Source: the human T2T-CHM13v2.0 reference genome, Homo sapiens
Assembly (NCBI RefSeq): GCF_009914755.1
Contig: NC_060925.1
Reading direction: 5' to 3' (one strand)
Length of the DNA stretch: 64,000 nt
The position numbers and the translations under genes are program-made. The notes below the pieces were generated by a model that saw nothing but the letters and a program-made list of their open reading frames with translations, was not told where the DNA came from and ran no database searches. The stretch's first letter is position 1. Every line of letters begins with the position of its first letter. Positions 41,345-55,343 of this stretch are shown here, in pieces.

Positions 41345-41777
41345 TATAATGGTAAAAAAAAAACACGTAAAACAAAATGTACCATTTTAATCACTTTTAA
41401 GTGTACAGCTAGCTTGATAGTGTTACATACATTTCACATTGCATGCAAACAATATCTAAAACTTTTCATCTTGTAGAAATGAAACTCTGTACCCATTAAA
41501 CAATAACTCTCCATTTCCCTACCTCCCCTACCCCTGGTGACTGACCACTATTCTACTTGCTGTTTCTATACATTTGACTACCAAGTCATGAATTTGACTA
41601 CTCTAGGTAATGGAGTCCTGTAGTATTTGGCCTTTTGCAGCTTGCTTATTTCACATCACATAATGTCCTCAAGCTTCATCCATGTTGTGTCATATGTCAC
41701 AATATTTCTCGTTTTTAAGGTTGAATAACGTCCATTGTATATGGATACCACATTTTGTTTATCCAGTCATCCTGTGA
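41345..41777 (-). mobile_element. L1M (L1MB-like) 3' fragment
   Basis: aaaatgtaccattttaatcacttttaagtgtacag...aaactctgtacccattaaacaataactc...cataatgtcctcaagcttcatccatgttg...taccacattttgtttatcca. Confidence 0.85.
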
Positions 41778-42016
41778 GGCTAGAACCAATAAAAGCTGTA
41801 AGACTTCCTAAACCCTCTACTCCCTACCCCCCCCATCCCCAGGGATCGTAAGTTAATGGCACTTACACGTGAAATTATAGTGGTTATAGAATGTACTTGA
41901 GATTGTTCAAAAAGTGACAAGAGAGCATTAGCATGATTCTTACTGAAAATTGGGAATGAGAGTATTAACTATTGAACAGTTTGGCTCATGAGTGAATATG
42001 AAATTTCAACATTTCT

Positions 42017-42145
42017 GGCCAGGCACGGTGGCTCATGCCTATAATCTCAGTGCTTTGGGAGGCCAAGGCAGGAGTATTGCTTGAGGCAAGGAGTTCAAGA
42101 CCCATCAGGGAAACAGCAAAACATCATCTCTACACACACACACAC

Positions 42146-42181
<36 letters not shown>

Positions 42182-42364
42182 CAAACAAACAAATCAGCCA
42201 GGCATGGTGGCATGTGCCTATAGTCCTAGCTACTTGGGAAGCTGAGGCAGGAGGATCATGTGAGACCTGGAGTTTGGGGCTGCAGTGCAGTGACCTACGA
42301 TTGTGCCACTGCGCTGCAGGCTGAGCAACAGAGCAAGACCCTATCTAAAAAAAAAAAAAAGAAA
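42017..42364 (+). mobile_element. AluJ-type SINE with a (CA)n microsatellite in the linker (42132-42180)
   Basis: ggccaggcacggtggctcatgcc...ttgcttgaggcaaggagttc...ggctgcagtg...A tail. Confidence 0.9.
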
Positions 42365-44262
42365 ATCACCATTTCTGCACAGCTACCGCAGACTATAGGT
42401 GTTTCATCAGAGTAAAGAAACCAACAGTTCTCTGAAAAGCACACACTGTGCTACCTGCAAGCACGACCCTTCCCGGTAAAGGTTAAACACATAACAATTT
42501 CAGCTTTAAAGCTAGCCTACTTACTTCTCCATATAAAAATATTTTCAAAAAGAAAAAATAAATTGTAACAAACACTTCAGAATTTTCTAGACCATTTGAA
42601 GTCTTTAGGTTGAAAGTGGAGTATTATAAACTTTATCTGTTTCTGATTGCTTCCCCAGAATTTGTAAAAGGACTAGAATCCAGAAGCTTCTAATAGATTT
42701 CTGACTAGATTTTTTCTCTACTTGTGTTGTCTACTATTTTCTTTCTCTTCCCCATTATCCCACTCTCCCAGCCTTTTCCTTCCTTTCCTTCGTTTTTCTT
42801 TTCCTTCCTTCTTTATTTCCTTTTTTTGATGTTTATTCACTGATAAGGTTATGTTATGACACATATCCTTTTAATTTTTTTAAATAAAAAATATTTTTGT
42901 AATTGTTCAAATTCATTTTGAAAAACAATAAGGGAAAATAAGATGTTCAGGGACAATAAGATGTTCATTGAAAATACGTAATGACTGAAGTTCTCATATC
43001 TGAGACAAGAATGAAGTAAATATATAAAGTGTGGTCGGGATTGATACACAGTCTTCTTGTGTGTGGAGGCCAAATAACAAATGTTTCACTACCATGCACT
43101 GTCCCCTCTTCTGCCTCGCAGGAGCAGAATGATTGCTCATAGCAATTCTTAACACTGTTAACAGGTATTTGGGTTTCACAATAATGGTGGCTGCAGAGTA
43201 CAAATTACTTAATCATTTCGCATTGGTACCTGTTCCATTATAGAATCCTGCATAAAATTAGTCACATTTGAATATGACATCCTAAACATTTTTCCAAATT
43301 GTATTTCCTATCAGATTTATGTATTGGTTGCCATTTCAAATATGTTCAGACCATGCATTATCTTGAAGGAGGCAGGTCCTGTTTGTAACATCTTCACTTT
43401 CCTTGTCACTGGCATCCTCTAAAGTGCCCATGGCAAGCATACGGATCCCCCAAGAGAATCATTACACTTCCAGCAAAACTCTATTTATGAAGGAAATGAC
43501 AGACGTATTAATGGGAAGACATTAATATTTGAGAAGGCTTATTAGGTCATTCTTCCCAAGAATGTGTGCATTTTTGTAATGGTCAATGCTGTAAGCCTCA
43601 AGAATGGAAAACTAATGGTTTGATTTTCAGTGCCTATAATGGACCAAGGAAACAGGACTTTAATAAGGTGTAGGTTTATGAGAGCCCCAGAGTCATATCA
43701 CACAGACCATTGTCTCTATAGAAGGTCAGTTAGGTCAGTCAGTCAGTTTTGATAATTTATAACTCCATCTGTGTGTGCAGTTATATTAAATATGTTCATG
43801 AATCTGTGTCTTGTGGCTTTGCAGTTAATTGTTCAAGAAACCTTTGGCACATTTTTTTATTTTATACATTTCATATTTTTACATTCACCACACTATTTAC
43901 TGAGTTTTACAGAGATATACTACATATATTTCAGTGATACCACTTTGTTCAGAAAAATTGTCATCTTATTTGTCTTAGTTAGCTCTGAATAACTGAATTT
44001 TTCCCAAAAATCTACAGGTCAAAATTTACTATTATGGTCAATATCTGAAAGCTCACCCTGGAGAATCTGAAATAAATTCCCAAAGAGGCACTTTATCATG
44101 TTTTAATCAAATGATAGTCTTTGGCATTTTAGTGTATAACCTCTTATGTGACTATTTTGAAGATGACCTAACTTGCCCGAGTGTATAGATCATGATGTGT
44201 CTGATTTAAAAAATTTAATCTTCTTATCCCAAAGTATGTCCTCCATTAATTGCTATCTTTTT

Positions 44263-44456
44263 CAGCATTTCCCATGCTTGAACGAATGTCAAAATCACCT
44301 GAAGAGCATTTTACACTAAAAGATCACTGGGACTCCACCCGGTCCCCAACCCAGAATCTCCAGGTCTCCCACTCAGGATGCACAATTGTAGTGAGTTCCC
44401 CGAGTGCTTCTTAAGCAGCCAGCCCAGCACCTATTGCTGGACCATTAAGAACCATT
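44263..44456. mobile_element. MER5-family hAT-Charlie remnant
   Basis: cagcatttcccatgctt...aaaatcacctgaagagc...cagaatctccagg...ttccccgagtgcttctt...taagaaccatt. Confidence 0.55.
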
Positions 44457-45289
44457 CATCTGCACCATTGCCCAAGTTCAGAAACTTGTAGCAACCCAAG
44501 ACTTCCTCATTCACTTTCTATTAAGTAGATCCTATTAACTTTACAATGTAAGTATCTCACTGTTCCATTACTAGAATTAATTATTAGCATGAATGTTTCA
44601 CCACTTATCTCAAATAAAGGAATTAGACTCTATTCTGGCATAGTTTTAACACTTACTAAATATTCGTTGAGTGAATGATGAAGTGAGTGAATGAAAGATG
44701 TCATAATAGACCTTGTTAAATGCCTTCTTTGCCCCTGGTTTTCTTATATTCCATATTTCCTTTGGTTACCAATCTACTAGCTCTACCAAAGGAAATAATA
44801 AAGTTAGTTTGACACATGCTGATTTCATTAAACACACACTGGTTCTTAGGGATTCCCCAGTCTTTCTTCATGAAGTCCATCACTGTGCTAATCTATTACA
44901 GAATAATTTCTGGAATATTAAACATATTAATGTCAACATTTGGAAATGGCATTGCTTTTAGAAAACTGTAACAGCATGTGTCATTTTTTCAGAATTATAG
45001 GAACTCTTGTATATTTTATTTCGAAGGTCACCAGCCTTATCTAAGGACTATCACTTGTGGATTCTTTGAGTACCTATAAAGGCAATTGACCTGAGGTCAG
45101 GATACTGGAATTCACTTAGAGTAGCCCTTGAATAATCCCTGCATTCACATAATTAGGGCTTAGGGTTCACCTTAGCCATTTTCACATGTGGGGTTTCTTA
45201 TTCCTAAAATAAATTTTTTTGCCTTCAATAATTGTTGTGCACCTCAATGTATTTTGTATTTTGGACTTTTTAAAATGTTACCAATCCTT

Positions 45290-45582
45290 AATAATAGTTG
45301 ACACTTACATAGTACTCACTGTATGGCAGGCATTGCTTTAGGTAATTTATACGTCCATATTAACTGATTATTCATTCATCTTCACATACACACTATAAGA
45401 CAGGTACTTCACAAAGACACCATGAGGTAAGTATAATTGTCACCATTTTACAGGGGAAGAACTCGAGGCACAGCAAACTTAAGTGATTTTCCCAGGGTCC
45501 TGCAGCTCACAGATGTGTGAGTTGAGATATGAACTCAGGTTCCCTGGCTCCAGTGTTCTTAACCACTATGCCAGACTGCCTC
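45290..45582 (-). mobile_element. MIR SINE, near full length
   Basis: cacttacatagtactcactgtatggcaggcattg...ccattttacaggggaagaactcgaggcacag...ttcccagggtc...tcttaaccactatgcc. Confidence 0.8.
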
Positions 45583-45815
45583 TTCCTTAGCTGCCCTCAT
45601 TTATGTGCCATTTGTCTACATCTTCTGTCCAGATCTTAGAACTTTATGAATTAACTGATAAGTACCTTGTGCATCCATATTGTCTATTACTTACCTACCC
45701 TTCTTCTATCATTAAGAGAATTTGTGAATACAAAGATGACAGTACTTTCCCTCTTGCCCCCATATTTTCCCAAGTCTTTTGTAACCAGTCTGTACTACCT
45801 GGAAAATACACACTG

Positions 45816-45816
<1 letters not shown>

Positions 45817-45862
<46 letters not shown>
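45817..45862. repeat. (CA)23 microsatellite
   Basis: Perfect dinucleotide run. Confidence 0.97.
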
Positions 45863-45863
<1 letters not shown>

Positions 45864-46238
45864 CAAAAATTGACCATATTCAACTATTATTGTCAGTTTC
45901 CACATTTTCTTCTCTTTCAATCAAATTGTGAGTATGCTATTATCTAACAAAGAAGGAAACTAAAACTCTTCTCTGCTATTCACACATTTCAACTATTTAT
46001 ATAATCTTGTATTTTGGCAAAGAGTTTAGCAACTGTTTATGCCTTGCTGGAAAGTCACTGTTATCCTCACCCAACAGAAGAAAGAACTGTCAAGTGATTG
46101 ATTTGTGGTCCTCTAGGATTTACCAAAACTAATAGTACAATCTGAGCTCCAGACCTATCGTCAGAATCTCAGAATATTCACCAGTGCTTGCTCTCATTTG
46201 TATGTGATTTTAGATGTGCCACTCAGGCTACTTTGCCC

Positions 46239-46243
<5 letters not shown>

Positions 46244-46303
<60 letters not shown>
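46244..46303. repeat. Compound (TA)17(CA)13 microsatellite
   Basis: Directly visible. Confidence 0.97.
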
Positions 46304-47199
46304 AGTGCATATATATATACAGTGTGTGTATATATGTAAATATATATATATAAATACATTATATATAGGTTAAGAAATTATGAAGCCTTGTGTGATTTTT
46401 ACATGCAGAAATTTTCTGCAAAAGTGCTCCTTAGGATTGGTTTTTCACATCCACAGATTTCTCCACCTTTGGCAGGGCATTCTTTACCTCTTGGGTGTCT
46501 GACTACCCAAATGAATGCAGTTTGGGTCCTACTCACAACATTTGGCAGTGACCCAGGGAGATGGCTCTTGACATAAACCTCAGGATACTGCAAAGTTGCA
46601 TTTTGTCACTTTTAAAAAAATCCTCTCACCACAGCCCTTGATGTTCATTTTAATTTAGGATTTCTTGGTAGGAAGGGAGAACATGCAGCATACGGTACCA
46701 TCGTGGACCCTGTACTCTTATGCACATGGCTTTGTTTCTTGAATAGAAATAGTAATAATATAAAGGAGAAGGAAAAGCCATATGTCGAGGACTTATTATA
46801 GATTTATCTATAGATTATAGAAAAGTTATTTTCTTTAAACTTCTAAGTATCCCTATGTTTTAAAGAGAATAGATATTGCTCTCCTTTTTCAGATGGGGAA
46901 ATTAAAACTTAGATCTTGTTTACAGTCTCACAGCTATTAGGTGACAAAGTTAGGATTCAAATACGGGCCTGTTTAACATCATTGCTTTTTCATTCTCAGA
47001 TTGCTGCTGAGTTGCGTGTGTGTGTGGGTGGGTGGGGGGGATGTATGTATAAAATACTTACAAAGTTTGCATTGGAAGACATCTATTATGAAGGACCCAC
47101 AAAGCCAAACTCCTTGTGCTGGTCACCTTTTGGGTACTGACATGATTAATTCTGGATTATTAATTGAATATCATTTACCTTGATTAACTCTGTTTAGAA

Positions 47200-47420
47200 T
47201 GGTTTATTGGCAGCCAACACTATGCTAATATCTTAATAACATTTTCTTATTTAATGCTTACAATCATCCTAAAAGTAGGTAGTATCCCTATTTTATAAAT
47301 GATGAATATGAGTCTTAGAAGATGAAGTTACAGTATCACTTAGCAAATAAGTGGAAAACACAAGATTTGAACCTAAGCTGCCTGAGTCTAAAGCCTGTGT
47401 GTCTTACCACTTTGCTTTTC
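47200..47420 (-). mobile_element. MIR SINE
   Basis: cttatttaatgcttacaatcatcct...gtaggtagtatccctattttataaatgatgaa...agcaaataagtgg...gatttgaacctaag. Confidence 0.7.
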
Positions 47421-48129
47421 TGAATAGAAGTTAGGAGTTTAAAAACTTTACTTTCAACTGTAATATGGAGCAGAGCAAATTTTGCCAATTATTTATGGTA
47501 TCATTATTTGTAGCGTTTTTCATCTCTGCCATGATGTTGTGACAATAACATGAAAGAATACATGTAAATATCCAACATTTGCAGGATTTTTTAACCTAAG
47601 TACTCTGCAAATACATGCAATTTAAAATAACTACAACTTTTAATTTCTTGTGAAAGAGCACAATGAAGCTAAATTATGTGCTATGTAAAACTATGCTCTA
47701 TGTACTATGAACTTGGGATCCTATTGGGTAATACAAATTATGGCCACCTACTAGCTTTTATGAAGTTTTCACTTGCACTCATGTTAACACAAGAACTTTA
47801 AAGAGGATTTGGAGTGCTCTGTAGGCTTAGAAAAGTAGCAGGCTTACTTTGTCTGCTAAAAATAATTATTTTTGACCTATATTATCATCTCATGTAAAAA
47901 AGAATCTTCTTTATATAAAATCAATATACTTGTGGTACTTTCCTTTTGAGAGTTATTTTATCGCTAACTCAGTTTTCTTCCTGTAGGAAAACTGTGCACT
48001 CAGGGGTTACACTTCACAAGACCCAATTTCCCTGAGAGGCCATGCACAGGGTGGCTTCAGTTGGCAGCCCCTATGCTCATGGGTCTTCCATGATTTCCCT
48101 GATTAGCACATCCCTCCTCTGCTCCATAC

Positions 48130-48700
48130 AGGACATCCAACATCTCATTGCACATCATCTTTTGTGTGTTGCAGGCATCTCCAACACAACACGTCCCAAA
48201 CTGAACACGGTGTTTCCTCCCATCCTCTTAAGTTGATCTCTTCAATACCATCCTCATCCATGGCATCATCTTCTCTTTCCTGGGTTACTAAAACAGCGTA
48301 ATAACTGGCCACTTAACTATGTCACTCCCCTACAGAAGGCATTCTTCACACAGTGACTAGCGTGAAATTTCCAAAATCACATGGGATCGAGCCGTGAGTT
48401 TGCTCAGAACTCTCCAGTGTCTTTCATTAGGATAAAATCCACAGACTTTAATTTGATTTATGAGACACTCTCTGATCTGGTCCTCAGTGAGCTCTCCAGA
48501 GTCATAGAAGCTACTCTGCCTCTTCCCTGTTGCTCTCCAGCCAGTCTGTGCTCCTCTCAATTACTTGGATGTGAGTGCTCACTCATACCTGTGCCTTCAA
48601 TGCCAGCCACCATCTTCCTTGTCACCCAATCAGTGGAGCTTTCCTCACCATGGACCATGTGAAGTTCCCTCACCATGCTTTAGAGCAGTTGATAGTTTAG
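48130..48700 (+). mobile_element. L2 LINE fragment
   Basis: caggcatctccaacacaacacgtcccaaactgaac...ttccaaaatcacatg...ctcagaactctccagtg...ggataaaatccacag. Confidence 0.6.
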
Positions 48701-49667
48701 TATCTGTTTTCCTTGAAAGAGCGAAATTCTGTGTGGGCTGTGTGGGCAGGTCACATGTATGAGTGAACCATACGGGAAGGCAGTATGTTAATACTATTTG
48801 TGTATTTTGTATTAAACATGCATATGTACTTGTAGACAACTTAATTACAAATGATTCATTGAGTGTATGAAATGTGGAAATGGTCAAATATATCACCAGT
48901 CTCAAAAATATTTGTTATGAGCTTATTAAATACTAGACACAAGAAATAATGCATTCATTCAAGAAATAGGAAATGTCTCTGCTATGCCTGGCAATGTGCT
49001 AAACGTGAGAGCTATAAGGCACAATCCATGTCTTCAAAGTTTTAGACAATGTAGTTGGGAAGACGGGACGTCGACACAGAGAGCTATGGTCATGCAGGTC
49101 AATTTAGTATAGAGATACTTAGTCTAAGAATTTATTCTTGCTGGTTAGTTACTTAGATAAGAACTGCTTTGAATGTAAATTTACTAGTTCTGACTTGCTT
49201 TTCTCTCCCTTTTCTCCTTCCCCACACCCACTTTTCTGAACAGAAATATAAGATTTATTTAATTTAGTCCATTTGGCTTCATGACAGCAGAAAGTCATCA
49301 GCGTAATCACCATAAAAGGACTTTGTTTTATTTTTTATCACCCAGCACATTTTTATTGTCAGAATAGTTACTAATCATTCATTTTTATTTACTCTAGCTT
49401 GGGAAGTTTTGCAAAACTCTTGTGACTATTTAGAGAAAAAAAATGCTTTAAATTATGAGTTTTATCCTACCCTGCTGGCCAGTGAACACACCACAAACTT
49501 AAACCTCATGATTCCATTAGATTAGGCGTTGAGGAATAGAAAATACCTGCTTTGCCCCTTGTCAGCTGGGGGAACGCAGGAGTCCTTCACCTCCTCCCAG
49601 ACTTTGTTCTGCACCACAAAATCAGAACATGGTTGTATTTTTCTCATGTTGGATTCGAATTAGTCAT

Positions 49668-50001
<334 letters not shown>

Positions 50002-50622
50002 TGAGATAGAAAACAAAGATACAACTGATTAGCATCCATAAACTCTTGGGCTTTTTAAAAATGAGGATTATTTTATAGCTTTGTTAAACTAAATTCAAAT
50101 ATTTTAAGTAGTGTATTGAAGAACATATGTAAGAAAAGAAGAGAGGTAAGATAAGAATAAACATTAAATAGACTGAAGAATGCTATGACATAACAGATGA
50201 ATTCTTTAGGAGCTAATGAAAGTGCATAAAATGCTGGGTAGAGGATTCGAGTCTTGGGTGGCTTGGGATTCAAGGGATTTTCATTAGAGTCCAGATTTAG
50301 CCCCCACAAAGTGCCAAGTGTGGTGACCATCTTCCCCACTTAACTCAGAATCTGTCTCTTCTAATTTCCTTCCAAAGCCAGTTGGAAAAGCGTCTGTTGG
50401 TTATATGGACATTGTGTTGGTGAGCACACATAAACTGTAGTTCTTCCTGCTTACAAAGCTCATTAAGAACTCAAATTCATGTTCACTGAGATATCAGTAT
50501 CATAATCCTAAGATACAATTAATTTTGTAAGCTTCTAAACTAGCTTCTGGTTAGAGTGATTCAAATAATTTCATGATTTGCAACTGGAAGAGGCAACCAT
50601 TCTTCAGGTGAGCAACAATTAA

Positions 50623-50711
50623 ATATATATATATATATATATATATGTATACACACATACGTATATACATATATACACATGTATACATATACATATATGT
50701 GTATATATATA
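50623..50711. repeat. (TA)n / (TATACA)n degenerate microsatellite
   Basis: Directly visible alternating purine-pyrimidine tract. Confidence 0.9.
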
Positions 50712-53700
50712 CTTTTAGGCACATATTCACGTGCAAATACAGTTGAGGAGCTTTTGATGCTAAAAGGATAATAATCTGGAAATTCTATTTGAATAATGAC
50801 TGGTTGTCCTTCCTTTCTCTTGTGATTATAAGTTTTCTTATGAGCTAGGTGTTCAGTGCCTTCATGGGAGTCACCCAGCTGGTTAGGAGAGAAGTGTGTC
50901 CCCAGTAGGTGTGAGTTGAGATATGTTTAAGCTGAGGTTGGTAGGCAAAGATTTTGAGCAGTTGTATCTAAGATTAAAGGAAATTACTAAGATTACTAAA
51001 GGAAGTGAAGATGTGATGCATGAATGGAGCAGAACATCCTGTACCCTTTCATGGATTAGAGATGTGTGGAAGAAACACCTCCCCTTTAATCATGTTGTCA
51101 TAAAGGGCAACCGTCAGCCTTTCTCTCCATAGCAGTACCTGAGAGTGAATGCCCAGCTGAATGGTCCAGTGTAGCTGCAACTAACCATCACAGTTTGAGA
51201 TGGGAATAAATGCTTGGCAGATATACTACTACTCTCCTTCTCAGACTGAATATTGTAAAAGTCAATGGACATTTGTATTTCAATACATCCTATACTTTAA
51301 GCAGAGAGATAAAATATGAATTTTAAATGGCCAAAGCAGGGTTAACTTGGTTTGTAAAATATAGTCAGCCATCTTATACAGAATTTTGCAGAGCATGCAG
51401 TGAGAAAGAAAAACAAATAGATGAATATGCACTAATTATTTCCCAAGCATTTTGCTTCAACTAAAAAAGATTCCCCTGCAATGTCAGTTTTATTTATCAT
51501 TCCCATTTTAGAGATGAGAATACTTTGCTCCAGTTGAGTAACATAATTTTGCCTAGGAGAACTCAACTAATAAATCATAATGCAGATCTTGGTTTAAGGT
51601 ATTGGAAATCCATCCACTTTCTACTCTTCCATGCTGTGTCTCTGAAAGAGTAATTTCTGTCCACTCCCTGCCCTCCCGTGGGAGGCAGACAGGCCCAGTA
51701 ACCTCTGACATCTGTGAATTAATGTGCCAAACATGTTTAGATTTTTTTATAAAACAATATCTGAGGCTAAGCTGAGTCAGAACTGACTGAAAATTATATA
51801 GGTGTTTTTTGTTTATTTTTATTTTTTATTTATTTTTTGCTGCTGTATTTTTGTGGATGTTAGCTCTGGAATTACACCAAAGCTTATTAATACATAACTG
51901 TGGCCTGTATAAGCTGTAAAGGTCTTTATGTGAAAATTGTGGAGGTGAGCTTGGACTGCAGCCTATTTTTTTGCAGCATGGAAGTTTCTCAAAGAAAATG
52001 TCAGGGCTTTGAATACTCATGAATCAAAACACAGACAAAAATAAAATTTTAGATAACTCTTGGAACCCAAACTAAAGGCCAGAAAATAATCCCCTTCCCA
52101 TTCTTCAACATTTCAAGGATCTTATGCTTATATCTACCATTAATTTATTTTTAAAGTACTCAGCTGTTCTTTTAGAAATATTTCAGTTCTTTTTATTTTA
52201 TATTCTGGGATGTTATAAAGCAGATATGTTGCATGCTTTCTCCTTGTTTGTGGGGAAATTATAATTTTGACACTCAGGCAAAAAAAAGTGCTATAAGACT
52301 CTAAATTTCTTTCAGTGAGTTATAATTATTTCCTGCACTTTATGTGATGTTTCCTGAGCTACACCCAGTTCTAGGATTGATACTAAAAGTTTGGATTGCC
52401 AACTTTTTGCCTCTTCTTTCTAGATTCTGTCTGGTAGAGACCAAGAGAAAAAAGGGAAAGTTGAAGCTTTAACTGTATTATTGATGGATATTGGCATCTC
52501 CCAAAATACAGGTCTTTTGGATAAAGCTGGATTTGAAAACATGGCTGGTTGAGAAATCTGGGCTCCTACTAACTCCTCAAGCCTGTTCCTTCCCATGCTT
52601 GTAGAGAAGCTGGAGCCATGTCCTCTTCCCTGAGCCGGGAAAGAGTTGACTTCAGCACTACCTCACACATTCTGTCACAGGATGATCAGAAATCAGCGCG
52701 TGGTGACCTTTCTGACCACCCTCTGGCAAGCAGGCCCCTGGCCTCACCTCCACGTGCTGTACAGAGCAGTGAGGTAGGTTCTGGTGGCTTCTTGCAGATC
52801 CACGTACTTGCCACAGAGAGACAGTAGCATGCTGCTCACTTCCCATTGAAGGGACCAACTCAGCCCTCCTTCCTGTGGTAATAACAAAGCCACATACAGG
52901 CCAGCCTCTTACCAGTCATTTACGTCAGCTTCTTTCCTTTTGATGAAAAATATGGTAGCAAGAGAGATATAAGCTAGATAGAGAGTCCTCCCCTCCCGCT
53001 TTGCCTTCCCCTGCCAAAGACACCAGAAAGAACTTTTTTCTCTTCGAAAATTTTCTTCATTTATAAGCTGAGGCAAGAACATCAGGAAGCAGAGGGTTGC
53101 CAATGCAGTATGAGGGGCAATTTTAAGCCAACTGTACAATGAAATATAGTGCAGTTGGCAAAACTGATCAAATTACCGGTAGACACTTAATAATCTTTAT
53201 TTAATGTTTCAGAGTATCTACCTATCTCTGTCCCATACTTCTAACTTTCTCAAGTTTTCTTAACTCCTAAGCAACGAAGTCATTTTTCCAGGGCTGCATT
53301 CAGGAATTATAGTCACCATTACAAAAGTGCAGTCTGGCCAAGAGAAACATTTCCTCAGACTTGAATCTAAATAAACTTTCTCATTTGCTAAGCAACAAAA
53401 GGAGCTTCATATTTACTTAAATTTTACAGATCTTATTTAACCAATCTGGTTTTCTCACATATGCTAATTATACTTTTATTAGACCAGTAAACAAACTTAT
53501 GCATTCTGATTTTATTTTCTTTTACAGTTATTTAAGTACAGAGCTCTCTAAAATTTGATTTTTAAACATTCGATCAGACCAATAGATGAGCTACACATCG
53601 CTCTGCTCTCCTAATTCAAAGCATGTAGCATATTTTAAATTCCATGCAAATACTGCATAAAAACTTTTGAATACATTATGCCATTTTCTAATTTTAAACA

Positions 53701-54499
53701 AACTTGATTTAAGCATGTATGCAGATTGTTTCATTTGCTAGCTAGAATACCAACCCCTGCAGCTCCCAGTGAGTAGACGAGTCTAGGGACAGTATTTATG
53801 AAACTATTGTTTAGAATATTGATCAGCCTCCGCATGGTTCTGTTGACTGTGTGTTCTGTTAGAGATGAGGTAATGTATCTGAAAGTGCTTCTCTGTATGG
53901 GGGTATTTTTATTTTGTTAACAAAGAATTTATGGAGCCCCAGGACGTAGCACAGTGTATGGCATGCAGGAGACCCTCAACAAAGAACTGTGGACTCACTG
54001 AATGCTCATTAATTCAATGTATGGCCATAATCAAGCTCTTCATAGAAAAGTTCAGTTATCCTTTTCATTTTACATTTTCAGATGTTCTATTGCAATCATT
54101 CAGTACACAATCATCTTCCTCCTGTGAACAAAAGATGATTTTGAATATTAAAAGAAAATGAAAGATCAGTGAGGCCCTTCAAAACATATTTTTAACTGTC
54201 TTATGCCCCAGCGTCCTGCTTTTGTCCTGTGACAAAAGAACCAAAATGCCACTAGACCAGATGCACAAGGTCTGGAAAATGCTGCTAATAACAGGTACAA
54301 CTTGTGTTTCTGTGGAGTGCTACCATCTACAAAATTTGCATAGACTTTGAATATGTAGAACAGTGGAATGAATAGAAATACATGTATATATTTCTCAAAT
54401 GTCCAGACCACTTTATAGAAAAGAAAATCACTTGTTAAATTTACCTTGGACCTGCAGGTGTTATAAGAAAGCAAAACTGTTCATCTTAGTGAGTTATGA

Positions 54500-54811
<312 letters not shown>

Positions 54812-54915
54812 TAAATGAGAACTGGAAAAGTATTAATTCTCGTGAATAGTTAATATACTGATTACAATAAGGAACCAAATTTAATATCTACTACATCTCT
54901 CAACTGAGTGAAAAT

Positions 54916-55200
54916 AGCTTCCTACCTGTGTAGACATCTTTCTGCCAAAGATAATTTAAGATGCTAATTACAAGCACTGTTCATGAAAAAATCACATATT
55001 AGTGCATGGAAATTACATAAAACTATGTGTATACATAGTTTCATATATATATAGTTTTATGTAATTTTCATGCATATGTATAAAACTATATATATAGTTT
55101 TATGTAATTTCCATGCATTAATATGTGAAATTTTTTCATGAACAGTGCTTGCAATTAGCACCTATATATATTTATGTAATTTCCATGCATATATATAAAA

Positions 55201-55234
<34 letters not shown>

Positions 55235-55343
55235 TTATGTAATTTCCATGCACTAATATGTGAATTTCTTTTTCATGAACAGTGCTTGCAATTAGCACCT
55301 TAAATTATCTTTGGCAAAAAGATGTCTACACAGGTAGGAGGCT
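54916..55343. repeat. Long inverted repeat (arms 54916-55026 and 55229-55343) with nested partial inverted copies and (TA)n spacers
   Basis: Reverse complement of the right arm matches the left arm with 4 substitutions and one 4-nt indel. Confidence 0.95.

Noticed and set aside
54916-55343. Interpretation of the long inverted repeat as a MITE or canonical pre-miRNA
   Set aside because: No TSD or known TIR, and the spacer is about 200 nt of (TA)n and partial copies rather than a small loop; kept as a structural finding only.
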